This document shows, one piece after another, positions 47,841-61,415 of a DNA stretch of 64,000 nt (position 1 is its first letter; the number at the start of each line of letters is the position of its first letter). The position numbers and the translations under genes were made by a program. The stretch covers positions 4,540-68,539 of the forward strand of contig NMRA01000512.1 in assembly GCA_002633005.1 (NCBI GenBank). Direction: 5' to 3'. The notes under the pieces were generated by a model. The model was given only the letters and a program-made list of their open reading frames with translations, searched no databases and was not told the origin of the DNA. Source of the stretch: Phoronis australis (taxonomy: Eukaryota > Animalia > Phoronida).

Positions 47841-50800
47841 AACGTCATAATCATCAAACTAGAATAGATATAGCTATTAAAGAATGAAAGGACAAAAATT
47901 CTTTTGGTTACAAATAAACTTTTCATAAAAGAAAAAATATCATGTTACCCACTTCTCTATATAGAAACTGTTTGCAATGTTTTCAATTGATTATACCCAC
48001 CTGAAAAGTTCGGGGATTAGTATAATTCCAGTCATTTTCTGTTAAAATCCATTAACTACGAGTAGATCAAAACTATTCGAAACAAACTAATGCTCTCAAC
48101 TCAAGTCAACATCAGTTTTAAAACTTCATTGGAAATTTACTTTATTGGTTAGGTGTGACAAACCCTCTGATCGACCCCCAGTTTGGACAGCATGACCTAA
48201 TTTGACGTCATTACGACGTTTTGGATTCAATGTGACGGCATGTCTCTTCTTATTTCCGGGTCCAAATTGGGTCATCTACTACCACGACACGTCATCACTA
48301 ATGATCCAATCTGCTTCGTGAAACAATCAGGTGTCCTTTTCATGTGATTGACGACTGGGCATAAGAAATTGGTATTACGTTCCACACATCTGTTTTTAAA
48401 AAAGTTAAATCTCACATAAACAAAAGTGCGATCTCTCAGAATGTAGTACTGTTCTAACTGTAAGTTATTAAGATAATCTTCAATAAGTTTTTTTTTTTAG
48501 ACTGTAATGTTCTCGGAATTGCGTACCTAAACATTGTCAGCAATTCTGAAGTAGGAACGTAAAACCAAATTTTCGTCTTAAGTCTTACGTCACAGTTCTT
48601 GAAACAGATCCCCCTTAACAATTACCACACGAAGGTTTGGTCATGTAGTTATTTGCACAACACTAGTCTGGAAATAATTTGCACACATTTTCACAGTATA
48701 TTACAGGCATGTTCTCGCATGCTTTATTCTTTTGCACAAATGAAATTAAATTTAATCATTTTTCAAAAATATTTACGTGGAGCGCAAAACCAAACTTGTG
48801 TCTTAAGACTTAAAAGTCACTTTCATGAAACAGTGGCTAGCAGTATGTCCAGGGTTTTGCTTAAGGGGACTGTAGTAAAAGAAATGCAGCCGTTAACCGG
48901 TTCTAACATACAGACAGAACTCACATTTGCCCCGGTTACGCGCCAAACAAAACCTGATTCATAGTTATTGTCAAAAGACTGAAATCCTGACAGTGTTCGC
49001 TGATTGGCTGATATGTCAGTGACGTGTTGGTGGTGAGTTGGTTACTTATCACATATCGCTGTATCATATTGTGAAGAGTTTTCATCGCATTTTATCATTG
49101 TGTCAATCGTTATTATTTTTGAATGTTTGCCACAGTGCTGCAAAAGGTTCGCCATGATGTCTTTTTGTATGGCTCCTCGCCTGGTTGTTCGAACTCTTCG
49201 AAAAAGGCGTCTTCTAAATGAATGGACATCGCATACCATCGCCGTTTACCCTAGCCTTGGCCTAAAGCTGTATACTAAATATGCAGGTTTGCGCCCATGT
49301 GGGTAAAGTGAACAAATAAAAAATTTGAATCAAAATTATTTTAATAAAACTACTCTTTTCTTTGAGTTAACTAACGTATTTACCGGTGTTGGTAAAATTA
49401 TCGTTCTGTCGTTAATCGGTTCCTGCTAAAATTGTGATGCTTTCTTTTGGGTCGGTCTTTGGCGATTACGTCACCTGACCAGATTCTTTTCCCGGCACAA
49501 GGTTGCGTACATGTCACAACAAATTATAGGAACTTGTTTCATTTCGTTAGAAGTTTTTAGTGTTTTAATATCAGCAAACCGATTTTTAGAACACACCTTA
49601 ATGCTGCGAAGCTGTCATCATCCCCCGAAAGACGTTATAAAATTTTAGGAAATGGCGCGTGCGCCGTGTCACGAGCGTGCTGTTTTTAAAAACGGACGAC
49701 AGACTTTTCTTTGTTACAAAAGGCGGCGAATTATGCTAGTAAATGACGTTTATTTGATTGTTTTGCACTTAAACGGCTTCAACAAACAAGGTGAGTGTCG
49801 GTTGACTACCAGATTTTGCATGCACCCTCGCCAATCGTTAGCTCTACATGTTAACGTGAGCTTCACGACGAGGTGACGAGTTATAACTAGTCGGGTAGTC
49901 AAAGGGCTGTGTGAAATTTCGGGGTCTAATTAACGTACAGTAGCTAAACACACAGTAGTATGATAGTCTTCATACAGTTATAGTCGGTAACTAACCAACC
50001 CTTAAAAGTTTACAGAGCTGAGTATTGGCTGGCAGCTAGCTGGCCGGCTAGAGTCCGCACTGCTCACAGTCACACTAGTGTAAATTGTGTTGATAAGGGC
50101 TGGTCGCAGCGGCAAATTTTTGTCTGACGAAAACAACGAGTGGTATCACTTTGTGTTGCCTTGACTCAAACAGGTATCCCTGGTGACCCGACATTTCTCA
50201 CTAAAATTTCTTATTCCAACAATTTGAACAACGTCACTTGACTACACCCGGATTTCTCTGTCAAATGAGTGAAGCACATTTTGCATGATGCTTCATGTTT
50301 TCAAACAGCTTTTATACTAAATTGGTAAGGGCAAGTATGGCTTCTCAAAACATATGGATACTGACAGCCCACACGTTTCAGGACTTCACCTAACTAAAGG
50401 GAAATTTGTTAAAATCACAGTTGAATCTACATGTATGTGAAGTGGCAGGAAAACAGTGACCGGGGCTGAGCCGAAGTTTGGGCCCCTGTAACAAGTAGCC
50501 TACAACATGCATTTCACTTTGGGTATTGTGTGCATTCTCTGTGACATATGGTGCACCGGCAAAACTTTTGAGCCTTGGAGCAAAGCTGTACAATCTTCAT
50601 ACAACTAGCTGGCTGGCTATGGCAAAACCTGCTGCAAGTAGGGGTTTAATGCTCGATTTTATGCAACGACTGGCGTTTCCGCACAAACACATTTTAACGT
50701 TGTTATTTTAAAAGCTTGGAGTGATTATCAGGTGAACAAAGTGGAACTACCCCCAATTTCTGAAGGCTCTTCAGACCCTGGTAAAGCAACACATCTCGAT

Positions 50801-52970
50801 CATTTTAAATGTGCTCGTGATATTCTGATTTGCTTTTACTGCCGGAAAAACATTGTACGGTATGGACATGAATACGTTACATAGCTGGACATCCGACCCT
50901 CTGTCATTCAGGGAAATCATATTGCACTAGTTAACAAAAAAGTATAAAAAATAAACATGTAACTCTTAAAAAGGCGTGGTTCGAGTATCCGTTGAGACAG
51001 AAATGTTTTCAGACTTAGGTCATGTGATGTGGTCACAGGTGGCGTGATGACCAGACTTCAAAATGTTTGCGATAAAAAGTATCATTTGTTTGGAAATAAC
51101 ACACCCAAAAGTTCACTCCTTGAGCATATTTCGTCATTTGAGCGATACCATATCCGTTTTCTAAATCTATTTAGTGTCATGTTTTATAGATTTTACAATG
51201 ATCTATGCAAAAATGGGCCACCCTCATCAGCAATACCTCGGTTATTTTCGTCACCATGTCCGGGCTGTGATTAGTCATTCGTCTGCAGATGTACGTAAAA
51301 CAGAAGTCAGCTTTCTTGAGGTGAAACAAAAAAATGTTAAAAATCAGTTGGTTTTGGGAACATGGACGCGCTGTTCACAAATGCTTTCAGCATTGGCAAA
51401 AGCACCAACAGCAGCGGCCGCAATGGGCTTGTTTAGTATGACGTCATTTTGAAGTTTTGGACACAGTCAAATAAAATTAAAATACGAAAATCTTAAACAA
51501 AAATAATTATGCCAGTAAGTAAGTAAAATGTGCTTTGAAAGATATTACCGGACTCGGACAATTTTTCTTTTTTCAACTCCAAGAGAGCATACCGTTGTCG
51601 ACGTAAATTAGTTAATACACGCGCACAATTTTGTAAATGTTTCAAGTGCTAAAGTGCCGTGGTGGTTACCTAGAAAAAAATAATAGACAATGCGATGTGA
51701 CTGTGCAATTATATTTCTATTTATAAGTCCAAGTCTCGTCACAATAGTACCAGACACGTCATAACTAAACATCAGTATATCACGCACCTATTTGTCACGA
51801 GATAACTAAATATAACAACTCATTTGTGGCTGAAATTATATTAGATTTCTTACGAATCTCGTGAACTGGCATGCTATCCAGGGACGCCAATAGTAGCTCA
51901 AACCAGTGGTAATTATCGCGAACATCCAGCAAAATGTGAGAAATTGGAGCAGGTTTATCAGGAACCTGACCCAGAACGTTGAAATGGTGATTATGGTTTC
52001 TTTTTGTATCAGTATTTTCAAATTTCATCCAACTTCGCGCGATACATAATTAAATAGATTTGTATAGAAAGGTTTAAACTGTATAACTGGAATAAGTTAA
52101 GAAACTTTGTATATTTAACTGTATATGCGTTCATTTGAGCTTATAGAAGGCAACTCCTACGCTAACATTTGGGGTTTAGTCACAGGCGGTCGAATTTCTC
52201 GATGACTCATAACCATATATAAAAAACTCTTAATATTGAGTGACGTCAGTGGTGATCGGGGAACACATAAACTCAAGCGCCTGTGGGTGTTGTTACCCCA
52301 ACGCCCTTAGCGTGTTTAAGAGAGTCCGTGACTAACAGTCCTAATCGATTCACAAATTAATTCGCGTGGCTGTAGTTGAGAAAACCCATTCGCTACTTTC
52401 TGATGAATCCATTTTCAAAATTCAAAGACGGCTAATTAAATATTTATTTTTCGATTTTAAAAACAGTCATGTTGGTCCTTTGCTTTACTTAGTGTTTCAT
52501 TTTTCTTTGAAATTCGTGCGCTAAACAGGCGCTTTGGTTTACAACCGCAATTATCTTATCATACACATTCAACCAAACCCATGAATAGCAAATAGCTCAC
52601 TTCAACCTGAGACAGCGCCATCAAGCCATTGTCTAGCCGAGTAGTATTCACTGGTGATAGTGCACTTGCAATGTGAAACCTGGTAGTGTAAGAACTGTCT
52701 AATGATGCGCTCGTAAAATAGAGAAAGCAGTTAGGACCGTGGACACTCGCCGTACATATCAACTTAGGACCAAATACCAAGCATCAAGAACAATAGTCGG
52801 TAAATCAACAATCTGCTTAACTAATACGGCGAAGACAGTTGCTCGGAAATCAAGGCCCTCAAAAGAACGTTTTCGTTCGAAGATTCGACGAGTTACTATT
52901 TGCTTGTCATTCCGCCATTTGTATTTTTCACCTAGAGGTGAACTCGTAAACTAAAGCATTCACTTGGCTC

Positions 52971-53264
52971 ATTGGCTGGCATTCAGGTCACTACCAATTC
53001 TAAAAAGAACCTCATTAGCTCAAAGTCTCGGAGTACATGAAGGCGAACTATTTGATTGGTCGTTGTTAGAGAAAGGTAAAAAGAGGCGATATATATAACC
53101 GATAACACAGTTTATGGCGCCTTAAATTTCCTAAGAGAATTTGGTTTGGTTAGTACTACTACACCAACAAACATTTTCCTCATTCTTCTTTTTTTTCCAT
53201 TTCACAAATTTGTTTGAGCCACAGAACCATCTATCCCCAGACTATCAACTTGAATCTAACGCAG
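52971..53264 (+). promoter_or_regulatory. Possible promoter/non-coding exon of sushi gene B
   Basis: Several CCAAT/ATTGG motifs, TATATATAA at 53090, donor CAG|GTGAGG at 53264/53265. Link to the acceptor at 55320 is inferred only. Confidence 0.3.
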
Positions 53265-53332
53265 GTGAGGTTCCGCCGCGTATGCGTGACATTCGTTTGT
53301 TCCGGTGTTGGTATTTGCTATGGACTATTATG

Positions 53333-53403
53333 CATAGGCGGCGCAGCCCTGAAAAAGTGGGGCTATCCCCCCCCCCCCAGCCCCCTATGGTGCGCCGCCC
53401 ATG
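53333..53403. mobile_element. 71-bp MITE
   Basis: CATAGGCGGCGCA...TGCGCCGCCCATG flanked by TTATG / TAATG. Confidence 0.55.
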
Positions 53404-55329
53404 TAATGTCACTAAAACTTCACCATTTTTCAACCGCATTGTAAAAAGTATATCATTACAAAGCACGAGTATTTCATATGTATAGTCGCATGACGTAATT
53501 AAGGTATTTACCAGCACGTTCTCTCTCTGTATACACGTACGCGTCCACGTTCCGAATGCTTGTTGTACTATTTAAAGAGCATCCCACTCACTCACTTACA
53601 CAATCGAGACCTCTGCATTTAGATACCGGACTAGCTTCTGACGTCATTCCCAGACATTGCATTAGGTTAATTGCGAAATTACACAAAGCATATACATGTA
53701 TAATGGTCGAACGTGTTTACCATTATCCAGTAGTCACTTACAGAGTCGCATGGATCCATCACATACTTGCGAGTACGCGATATCATCTCACTGTCTGGGA
53801 ATGAATGTCATCAAACGTCTATTTAAAGAACACATTGGTAATCAACTGTCACTGTGGTAAGTACAATAATAAATTTGTGAGTGTCAAACATCCGGGTAAC
53901 CTTAAATACATTTACCACGTTACAAAGTATGCTGTATAATAAAATTACAATACATACATAATATTGACATGCAAATAACGCTTAAATGCACAAAAAACCG
54001 GGAATTGAAGCGAACTTTTTAATGGGACATTTCTTCAAACTATTTCCTGTTTAAAGTAAACAAAGTTGCTCCAACACAGAAAGTATGCAATGAATTTCAT
54101 TGTCACACATATTATACAGATTGACAAGGTCGCAAATCCTTCCAACAGCCAGCAGTTTAAAAAAACAATCGCTGCTGTTCTCACAGTCTGGTGCTAGAAA
54201 TCAATGGCTATCATTTCTGTGAACAATTCAAGACAATTTTGTCGAAATGTTCAGGCCGTTGGCAGGGAAGAAATGCTCTTTTAACTCTCCTTAACAGTGA
54301 TTGGCATCGTAGGAGGTATACAACGAATTTAAAGGACTCCTTGGCAATCCAATTGTTGGGAAGTTGATACTGATAATAGTTAAATCGTCTCCATTTCCCA
54401 TTTACACAGATTTGCAGTTCTATGGGCCTTAGAACACGACTATGTTGCTGGAACAGTGGTTTGTTGGTGAGTACAACCACCTCCGCACTGATGGATTTAT
54501 GATGTCTAAAAAGGGATGGGGGGGGGCAAACTCAATTCAACTCCCGCACTACTTCAACAGTGACCTCTGACATGGAAAGTTAAAAAGTAGGGCAATGTAT
54601 ACTCGACGTCGTTAGCGGGTTAGAGCATCAAACTTTCGGAAAATAGTTTAAAGTAATACAATTGTAGCAGTGTAAATAACACTCAATATGCAATCAGGTC
54701 TCAATCGTAACATCTGGAAGAGGACTGTCAATTATGACATTCTGTCTCAGATTTCATTTGCTAAATATTATATCGTCTGTACATGTAACTCAGGTGCCGA
54801 TTCCTCGGTAACTACAATATCTAATATTGTTATTTTAATTAACTATTTTCAGATGTTAAAAGTTAAGTGCAAAGTTGCCGTTGTTTTCATCTCTGTTATC
54901 TCTTTTCAAATAATAAATCATTACATTTAAAACTGTTTCTTTTACAAGAGAAAACTTGCAACCTAACGCGCAAGTACATACATATAAGATGTGATCCGCC
55001 ACGTGAACAGTCTGAGGGAAGAATTTAAAAATCTTCGGAAAATGAAAAACCCAGGAATTCGAAGCGTATGGGATAAATACAAAACGTACCTCGATTCGCG
55101 TACATAAAGTAATATCCCACTCGACATAATGTGGCGTTTCGGTCTCGGTCGATACGCGGGATAATGTCTCGTGGGATATTACTTCATCAACGCCACTCTC
55201 GGTTCGTTTTGTGTAAGTATATTGGTCTATTTAAACCAAACTCTAACCTATTTACGTTAACGACGTTTCAGACATTCTGGTCCCACCGGTGTTCAGTGTT
55301 TCCGTACTTTTTCATTCTAGGCATGTGCC

Positions 55330-56325
55330 ATGTACGCTGTGTTACTATTGGCGCCTTTGCGACTGTATTGTGTGTCGGGAGATTGCATTGTCCGAAAGTT
55401 ACCGCACGCGCTGCCACTAGCTGTTGACGTTGGAGACACGGTTACAGAAGAAAGCAACGTGACGTATTTTTGTGAAAGAGGCTGGTACTTAAATGACGAA
55501 GGAGAGAAAACGGCTGTAGCTACGTGCACATCAGCAGGCATGTGGACTAAAAACTTTTTCTGTAACACACCTTTAAGTTGTGTGGTGGAGACTTTGGAAA
55601 ACGGCGCCGCAAATCGTCCTATCGGATCTGTTATATACTACGGCTCTCGTGTCATCTACTCGTGCAATGACGGTTACGAGTTCTTCAACGGCGTAGAAAC
55701 ATTGATGCAAACATGTATCCGTAAAAACACACTCGCGCCCTCTCTAAGCAGAGGATGTGTTCGAAGCCTACAGTTTGCCACCGACGTGCCGTTTTTGATG
55801 AGGGCATTAGGGGAACAGTCGAATATCAGCCCTACCAACGATGCCAAGATGTCGATAATGGTGCCGGTGTGGGTGGCGGTTGGTGTACTAATCGTGGGAT
55901 CCTGTGTCATCTACGTGTGTGTAGCCTGTCACAAGAAGTCTCAAACACAGGAGTACCGCAAAAACGCTCCGCCTTCTCCTTTAACTCCATCGCAACGTTC
56001 GTTAGATCACCGCCGCCAGGCGTCGCAGCAACATGTAATGCGAGAAGCCCGTGCGCCTGACATTACGAGCATATCCCGGTATAAAGCAGCAAACGAGCAT
56101 ATGGCGTTCGAAATACTCTATAAAATGGCAGAGACAAAACAGGAGGTGAAAAGTGATATCATTACTGACCACAGCAAGGTCTTGTCGAACAGGGAAACTC
56201 CTGTATCTCGCAATACGCCCGGCAGTGCTAAAATTCAGGCTAAAAAAACTTCCAAGCATTCTAAGTCTTTAAAAAGTAAAGCTCAAAATCTGCGGTGGCC
56301 TTCTCACCAAAAACCCTATTACTGA
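55330..56325 (+). CDS. Type-I membrane protein with two sushi/CCP domains (331 aa), paralog of 46989-47840 (gene B)
   Basis: Acceptor TTCATTCTAG| at 55320; signal peptide. VTYFCERGWYLNDEG and GAANRPIGSVIYYGSRVIYSC align with gene A. TM segment IMVPVWVAVGVLIVGSCVIYVCVAC; long unrelated cytoplasmic tail. Confidence 0.85.
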   Translation: MYAVLLLAPLRLYCVSGDCIVRKLPHALPLAVDVGDTVTEESNVTYFCERGWYLNDEGEKTAVATCTSAGMWTKNFFCNTPLSCVVETLENGAANRPIGSVIYYGSRVIYSCNDGYEFFNGVETLMQTCIRKNTLAPSLSRGCVRSLQFATDVPFLMRALGEQSNISPTNDAKMSIMVPVWVAVGVLIVGSCVIYVCVACHKKSQTQEYRKNAPPSPLTPSQRSLDHRRQASQQHVMREARAPDITSISRYKAANEHMAFEILYKMAETKQEVKSDIITDHSKVLSNRETPVSRNTPGSAKIQAKKTSKHSKSLKSKAQNLRWPSHQKPYY

Positions 56326-56402
56326 CCGACGTGGTTATTTTCAGAGAGTACTAGTGTAAAATGTAACAACCAACATGAAACTGTCAAACTAAACTATAGG
56401 TC

Positions 56403-59400
56403 GCTCAAAAAGTAAACATGATTGTCCTAGGCTAGTCTGTGAGCACATTTGCAGTGAACCATTAGGAATAGATCTGCTCCCTACTTCAGAAACAGTCTAA
56501 CAACCATGTTCTGTGCAATGGGCCACATGCACAGCCTGCTCACGTCTGGTACAACGTGTATCAGACCGTCTGCAATTATTAAAAAATCATGTTCTGTGCA
56601 CTTTTTTTAAATTTCATGTGTAATGTATTCGGCCGCTGACCATGCATGTATGAGAAAAGACAAAATGAAGTTTTTTAAAAAAAACAACCGATGAGCTTAA
56701 CAAAATGCTTTTGTAGGGATTTGAAACTAAAAAAGATCATTTTTCGAACGTTAAAAATGAATTCACATCCGTTTTGGACCGTAGCCATTTTTGACTACGT
56801 CGCTGACGTGGAGCTAGGACTTAATCTTTGTTGTCCACATACCTCTCTACACTTGAAAAAATTCGGACATCCTTTGACAAAAAAGTTTTGACGAAAGAAC
56901 AGTTAGAAAAGTGAACTATATCCTCAGGCAGCCGCTACATAATCAGAGTCTCTGGCAGCAAATCTAACAATACATGAGCGCACCCGGGGGTTGCAAGGGG
57001 AGTTACTCCATTTGGCGAAGTGGGCAAAATGGTCCTCTTCAGAGAAACAAAAAGTCCGAGTAAACGAGACAAAATTCCACTAAAAAGGCGCGAATGCACA
57101 ATTCATAGCTCTGAACGTGGTACCCGTGTTTTTCATCCCCCCGTTTTTGTTAGTAAAAGGTCCACATTGTCGACTATTCGAGACCTCTATATTTTAGGCT
57201 GGGTGCGCGCGCACGCAATACTATGTTCCTCTTGTGATATGGTGAATTCTCTCTGGTACCCAGTTTAAACAAAATGACGGTGTATGGAGCTCGAAAGGTA
57301 TTGTTTAACTTGCGACTCCCATGCGACGGGCGTAAGAACGTCCTATAGTTATCATCTATGAGACGCTAACATTGTTTTCCCTTGTTTTCGTCGTTGTTGG
57401 ATGTCGTACCACGGGCGCACATCAGCCGGTTACCGATGAATGTTTGCCTTTTTCTTTATTTTAACAAATATAAAAGAAGTGAACCATGGATGCGCCAATC
57501 TACCGATCTGTATACTACCATCTTGCGACCCAGTTTTTCGTGGGTTAGTTTCATTAACTGGGCTAAATTCAAGATAATTATGTTAAATAACTTGCCATTT
57601 GGGGTTTGAATTTTTAAGTCTGAAATTAGATTCTCATTTCAACAAAAATGTAGGTAATTTATATAAATTTCCAAAAATTTTCAATTTCTATTTCTCTGGG
57701 AGACAGTGTTTCTCTGTATTGCGCAGGTTTGCTAGATGTTTGTAATGGTGTCGACGTTAGGTTCTTGTTATTAATTATACCCTGCCTGTTCCAGACAAAG
57801 ACAGTTACACTGCCGTTTTGCTGTTTTCTTTCTGTAACAGTGCAATGTCTAAAATATCTTTCCCTGTGGTAAATTTGGTAATGGGACAAGACGCCTACTC
57901 TAGGCGCTTTGCCCCAAGACATCCAAGACATGTCAATTCAATGTTAATATAATTTCGGTTAAAGAGGCATGGAGAGCGAAAACAGACAAAGTTTCGTTAT
58001 CAACAATGGTTATCGCTCACCAAATTCACTTTACGGTTTGTTCGTAAAGATTTTGAATTTCTGTTGATGTAAAAGCATTTTTGTTTTAGATTCAACTTTC
58101 AGAAATAGAACGATCCAGTGGCGGATTTAAAGGGGGGAAGGGGGCCAAGGACCCCTAAAATTCTCCCAGATTCCATTTGGTAGATCGGAGGATCGAATAT
58201 CTTGCGGGCAAAACCCTGGCTAATACTTTACCTTGTCCCTGCCTAACTCAAGATCCTGGATTCGACCCTGTTATCTGTCTAATGCTCGCCACTTCGTCGA
58301 TTTTTCTCTCACAAGGCAAGGCACGTCCCTGAGACTTATACGTAGTACATTCCCTTTATATGGAAACTGTGACCTTTTACATTGGGTGTAAACAAAAAAT
58401 GGCGACTTAAAGGCGAAGGCAACCTTTTTTCATGTCATTTTGAGCTAAAATAAGGTTTGTTGGTTATCCTAGACATATTTTCCACTTAATTACAGCTTTT
58501 CGTAACTTTGTTAATTACTCGTCCGCTACTCCTGAAGTGACGTTTTAGGAGGCAAGCATTTCGCGCCAATTTCTTTTCATATAGTCTGACTGTGAGAGCT
58601 GCCGAGTCAGTCATTGTTCTACCTCGGTTGTGTTAAGTTNGCTCAAAAAAGTAAACATGATTGTCCTAGGCTAGTTTGTGAGCACATTTGCAGTGAACCA
58701 TTAGGAATAGATCTGCTCCCTACTTCAGAAACAGTCTAACAACCATGTTCTGTGCAATGGGCCACATGCACAGCCTGCTCACGTCTGGTACAACGTGTAT
58801 CAGACCGTCTGCAATTATTAAAAAATCATGTTCTGTACATTTTTTTTAAAATTTCATGTGTAATGTATTCGGCCGCTGACCATGCATGTATGAGAGAAGA
58901 CAAAATGAAGTTTTTTTAAAAAAACAACCGATGAGCTTAACAAAATGCTTTTGTAGGGATTTGAAACTAAAAAAGATCATTCATCGAACGTTAAAAATGA
59001 ATTCACATCCGTTTTGGACCAAAGCCATTTTTGACTACGTCGCTGACGTGGAGCTAGGACTTAATCTTTGTTGTCCACATACCTCTCTACACTTGAAAAA
59101 ATTCGGACATCCTTTGACAAAATTTTTTTTGACGAAAGAACAGTTAGAAAAGCGAACAATATCCCCAGGCAGCTGCTACATAATCAGAGTCTCTGGCAAC
59201 AAATCTAACAATACATGAGCGCACCTGGGGGTTGCAAGGGGAGCTACTCCATTTGGCGAAGTGGGCAAAATGGTCCTCCTCAGAGAAACAAAAAGTCCGA
59301 GTAAACGAGACAAAATTCCACTAAAAAGGCGCGAATGCGCAATTCATAGCTCTGAACGTGGTACCCGTTTTTTTTCATTACCCCGTTTTTGTTAGTAAAA

Positions 59401-60686
59401 GGTCCACATTGTCGACTATTCGAGACCTCTATATTTTAGGCTGGGTGCGCGCGCATGCAATACTATGTTTGTTCCTCTTGTGATATGGTGAATTCTCTCT
59501 GGTACCCAGTTTAAACAAAATGACGGCGTATGGAGCTCGAAAGGTATTGTTTAACTTGCGACTCCCATGCGACGGGCGTAAGAACGTCCTATAGTTATCA
59601 TCTATGAGACGCTAACATTGTTTTCCCTTGTTTCGTCGTTGTTGGATGTCGTACCTCGGGCGCACATCAGCCGGTTACCGATGAATGTTTGCCTTTTTCT
59701 TTATTTTAACAAATAAAAACGAAGTGAACCGTGGATGCGCCAATCTACCGATTTGTATACGACCATCTTGCGACCCAGTTTTTTGTGGGTTAGTTTCATT
59801 AACTGGGCTAAATTCAAGATAATTATGTTAAATAACTTGCCATTTGGGGTTTGAATTTTTAACTCTGAAGTTAGATTCTCATTTCAACAAAAATGTAGGT
59901 AATTTATATAAATTTTCCAAAAGTTTCAATTTCTATTTCTCTGGGAGACAGTGTTTCTATGTATTGCGCAGGTTTGCTAAATGGTTGTAATGGTGTCGAC
60001 GTTAGGTTCTTGTTATTAATTATACCCTGCCTTTTCCAGACAAAGACAGTTACACTGGCGTCTTGCTGTTTTCCTTCTGTAACAGTGCAATGTCTAAAAT
60101 ATCTTTCCCTGTGGTAAATTTGGTAATGGGACAAGACGCCTACTCTAGGCGCTTTGCACCAAGACATCCAAGACATGTCAATTCAATGTTAATATAATTT
60201 CGGTTAAAGAGGCATGGAGAGCGAAAACAGACAAAATTTCGTTATTAACAATGGTTCTCGATATGTCACTGAAACAGAATTCAACCGGCTCACCAGATTC
60301 ACTTTACGGTTTGTTCGTAAAGATTTTGAATTTCTGTTGATGTCAAAGCATTTTTGTTTTAGATTCAACTTTCAGAAATAGAACGATCCAGTGGCAGATT
60401 TAAAAGGGGGGAAGGGGACCAATGACCCCTAAAATTCTCCCAGATTCCATTTGGTAGATCGGAGGATCGAATATCTTGCGGGCAAAATCCTAGCTAATAC
60501 TTTACCTTGTCCCTGCCTAACTCAAGATCCTGGATTCGACCCTGCTATCTGTCTAATGCTCGCCACTTCGTCGATTTTTCTCTCACAAGGCAAGGCACGT
60601 CCCTGAGAGACTTACACGTAGTACATTCCCTTTATATGGAAACTGTGACCTTTGACCTTGGATGTAAACAAAAGATGGCGACTTAA
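56403..60686. repeat. ~2-kb block duplicated across n at 58640 (56403-58410 vs 58641-60686), probably two haplotypes
   Basis: Colinear with scattered SNPs and small indels; copy 2 starts immediately after the n. Confidence 0.9.
56973..57215. mobile_element. MITE with CAATA direct flanks (other copy 59214-59457)
   Basis: CATGAGCGCACCC...GGGTGCGCGCGCAYG between CAATA repeats. Confidence 0.6.
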
Positions 60687-61415
60687 GGGGGACACTCAAC
60701 ACTTTTCCTTGTTTTTGTCGTCCTAGGCAGGGTGAGATGAGGGAAAGCAGACTATTTTTTCTACACTATTCTATTTCTATTCTTTTGCTTAACCCAGGTG
60801 GCCATGCCAAAAACGAGCAGAAACACACAAAATTGGCAGATTAAAGTCAAAACCACGTCTCCCATAAATCTACCACACACCATCAGATAACGCACTCGGA
60901 ATGCCGAAACACTCCGAATTCCAAAAATTTGGATAGCAATGAGTGTCGATCAAAACGTTTTTGCTACCCTGACAAGTCTATGGTGTACCTGAATTTTCAG
61001 CCAGACCTTGCATTGCCGACAGAAAGTGGTAGAGCGTCTACGAAAAGCCTCGGTTGCAAGAAATATGGGTTAAGAGGCATCAATCTGCATAATGTATCCA
61101 AAAACAGGTAAAAAACAAACAAATGCCTTTCGTATTCACCACACTTCCAGTAAATCTCAAAATGTCAAGTCAATCCAGAAGCAGCCAATTTGTCATAAAG
61201 TTGGTGAGAGAATTCGACTGTGGCTGAGAAAATAAAGCAACTAGTCCGGTTAAGAGGCTAACTGTTTAAAGTTAGTTATACAGGTATCGCAGCAGTATTC
61301 AAATATATTATAAAATGCACTTGGACTTATTTTTAAGGGAACCGCTTCCTTCACCGGCTAGCCTCATACTGTGCTGTCGACCTCCGTGCCATTACACATG
61401 ATAATCTGCCGTTAA

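Noticed and set aside
54211-54480. 89-aa minus-strand ORF between the sushi genes
   Set aside because: No recognisable motif, start context or splice support.
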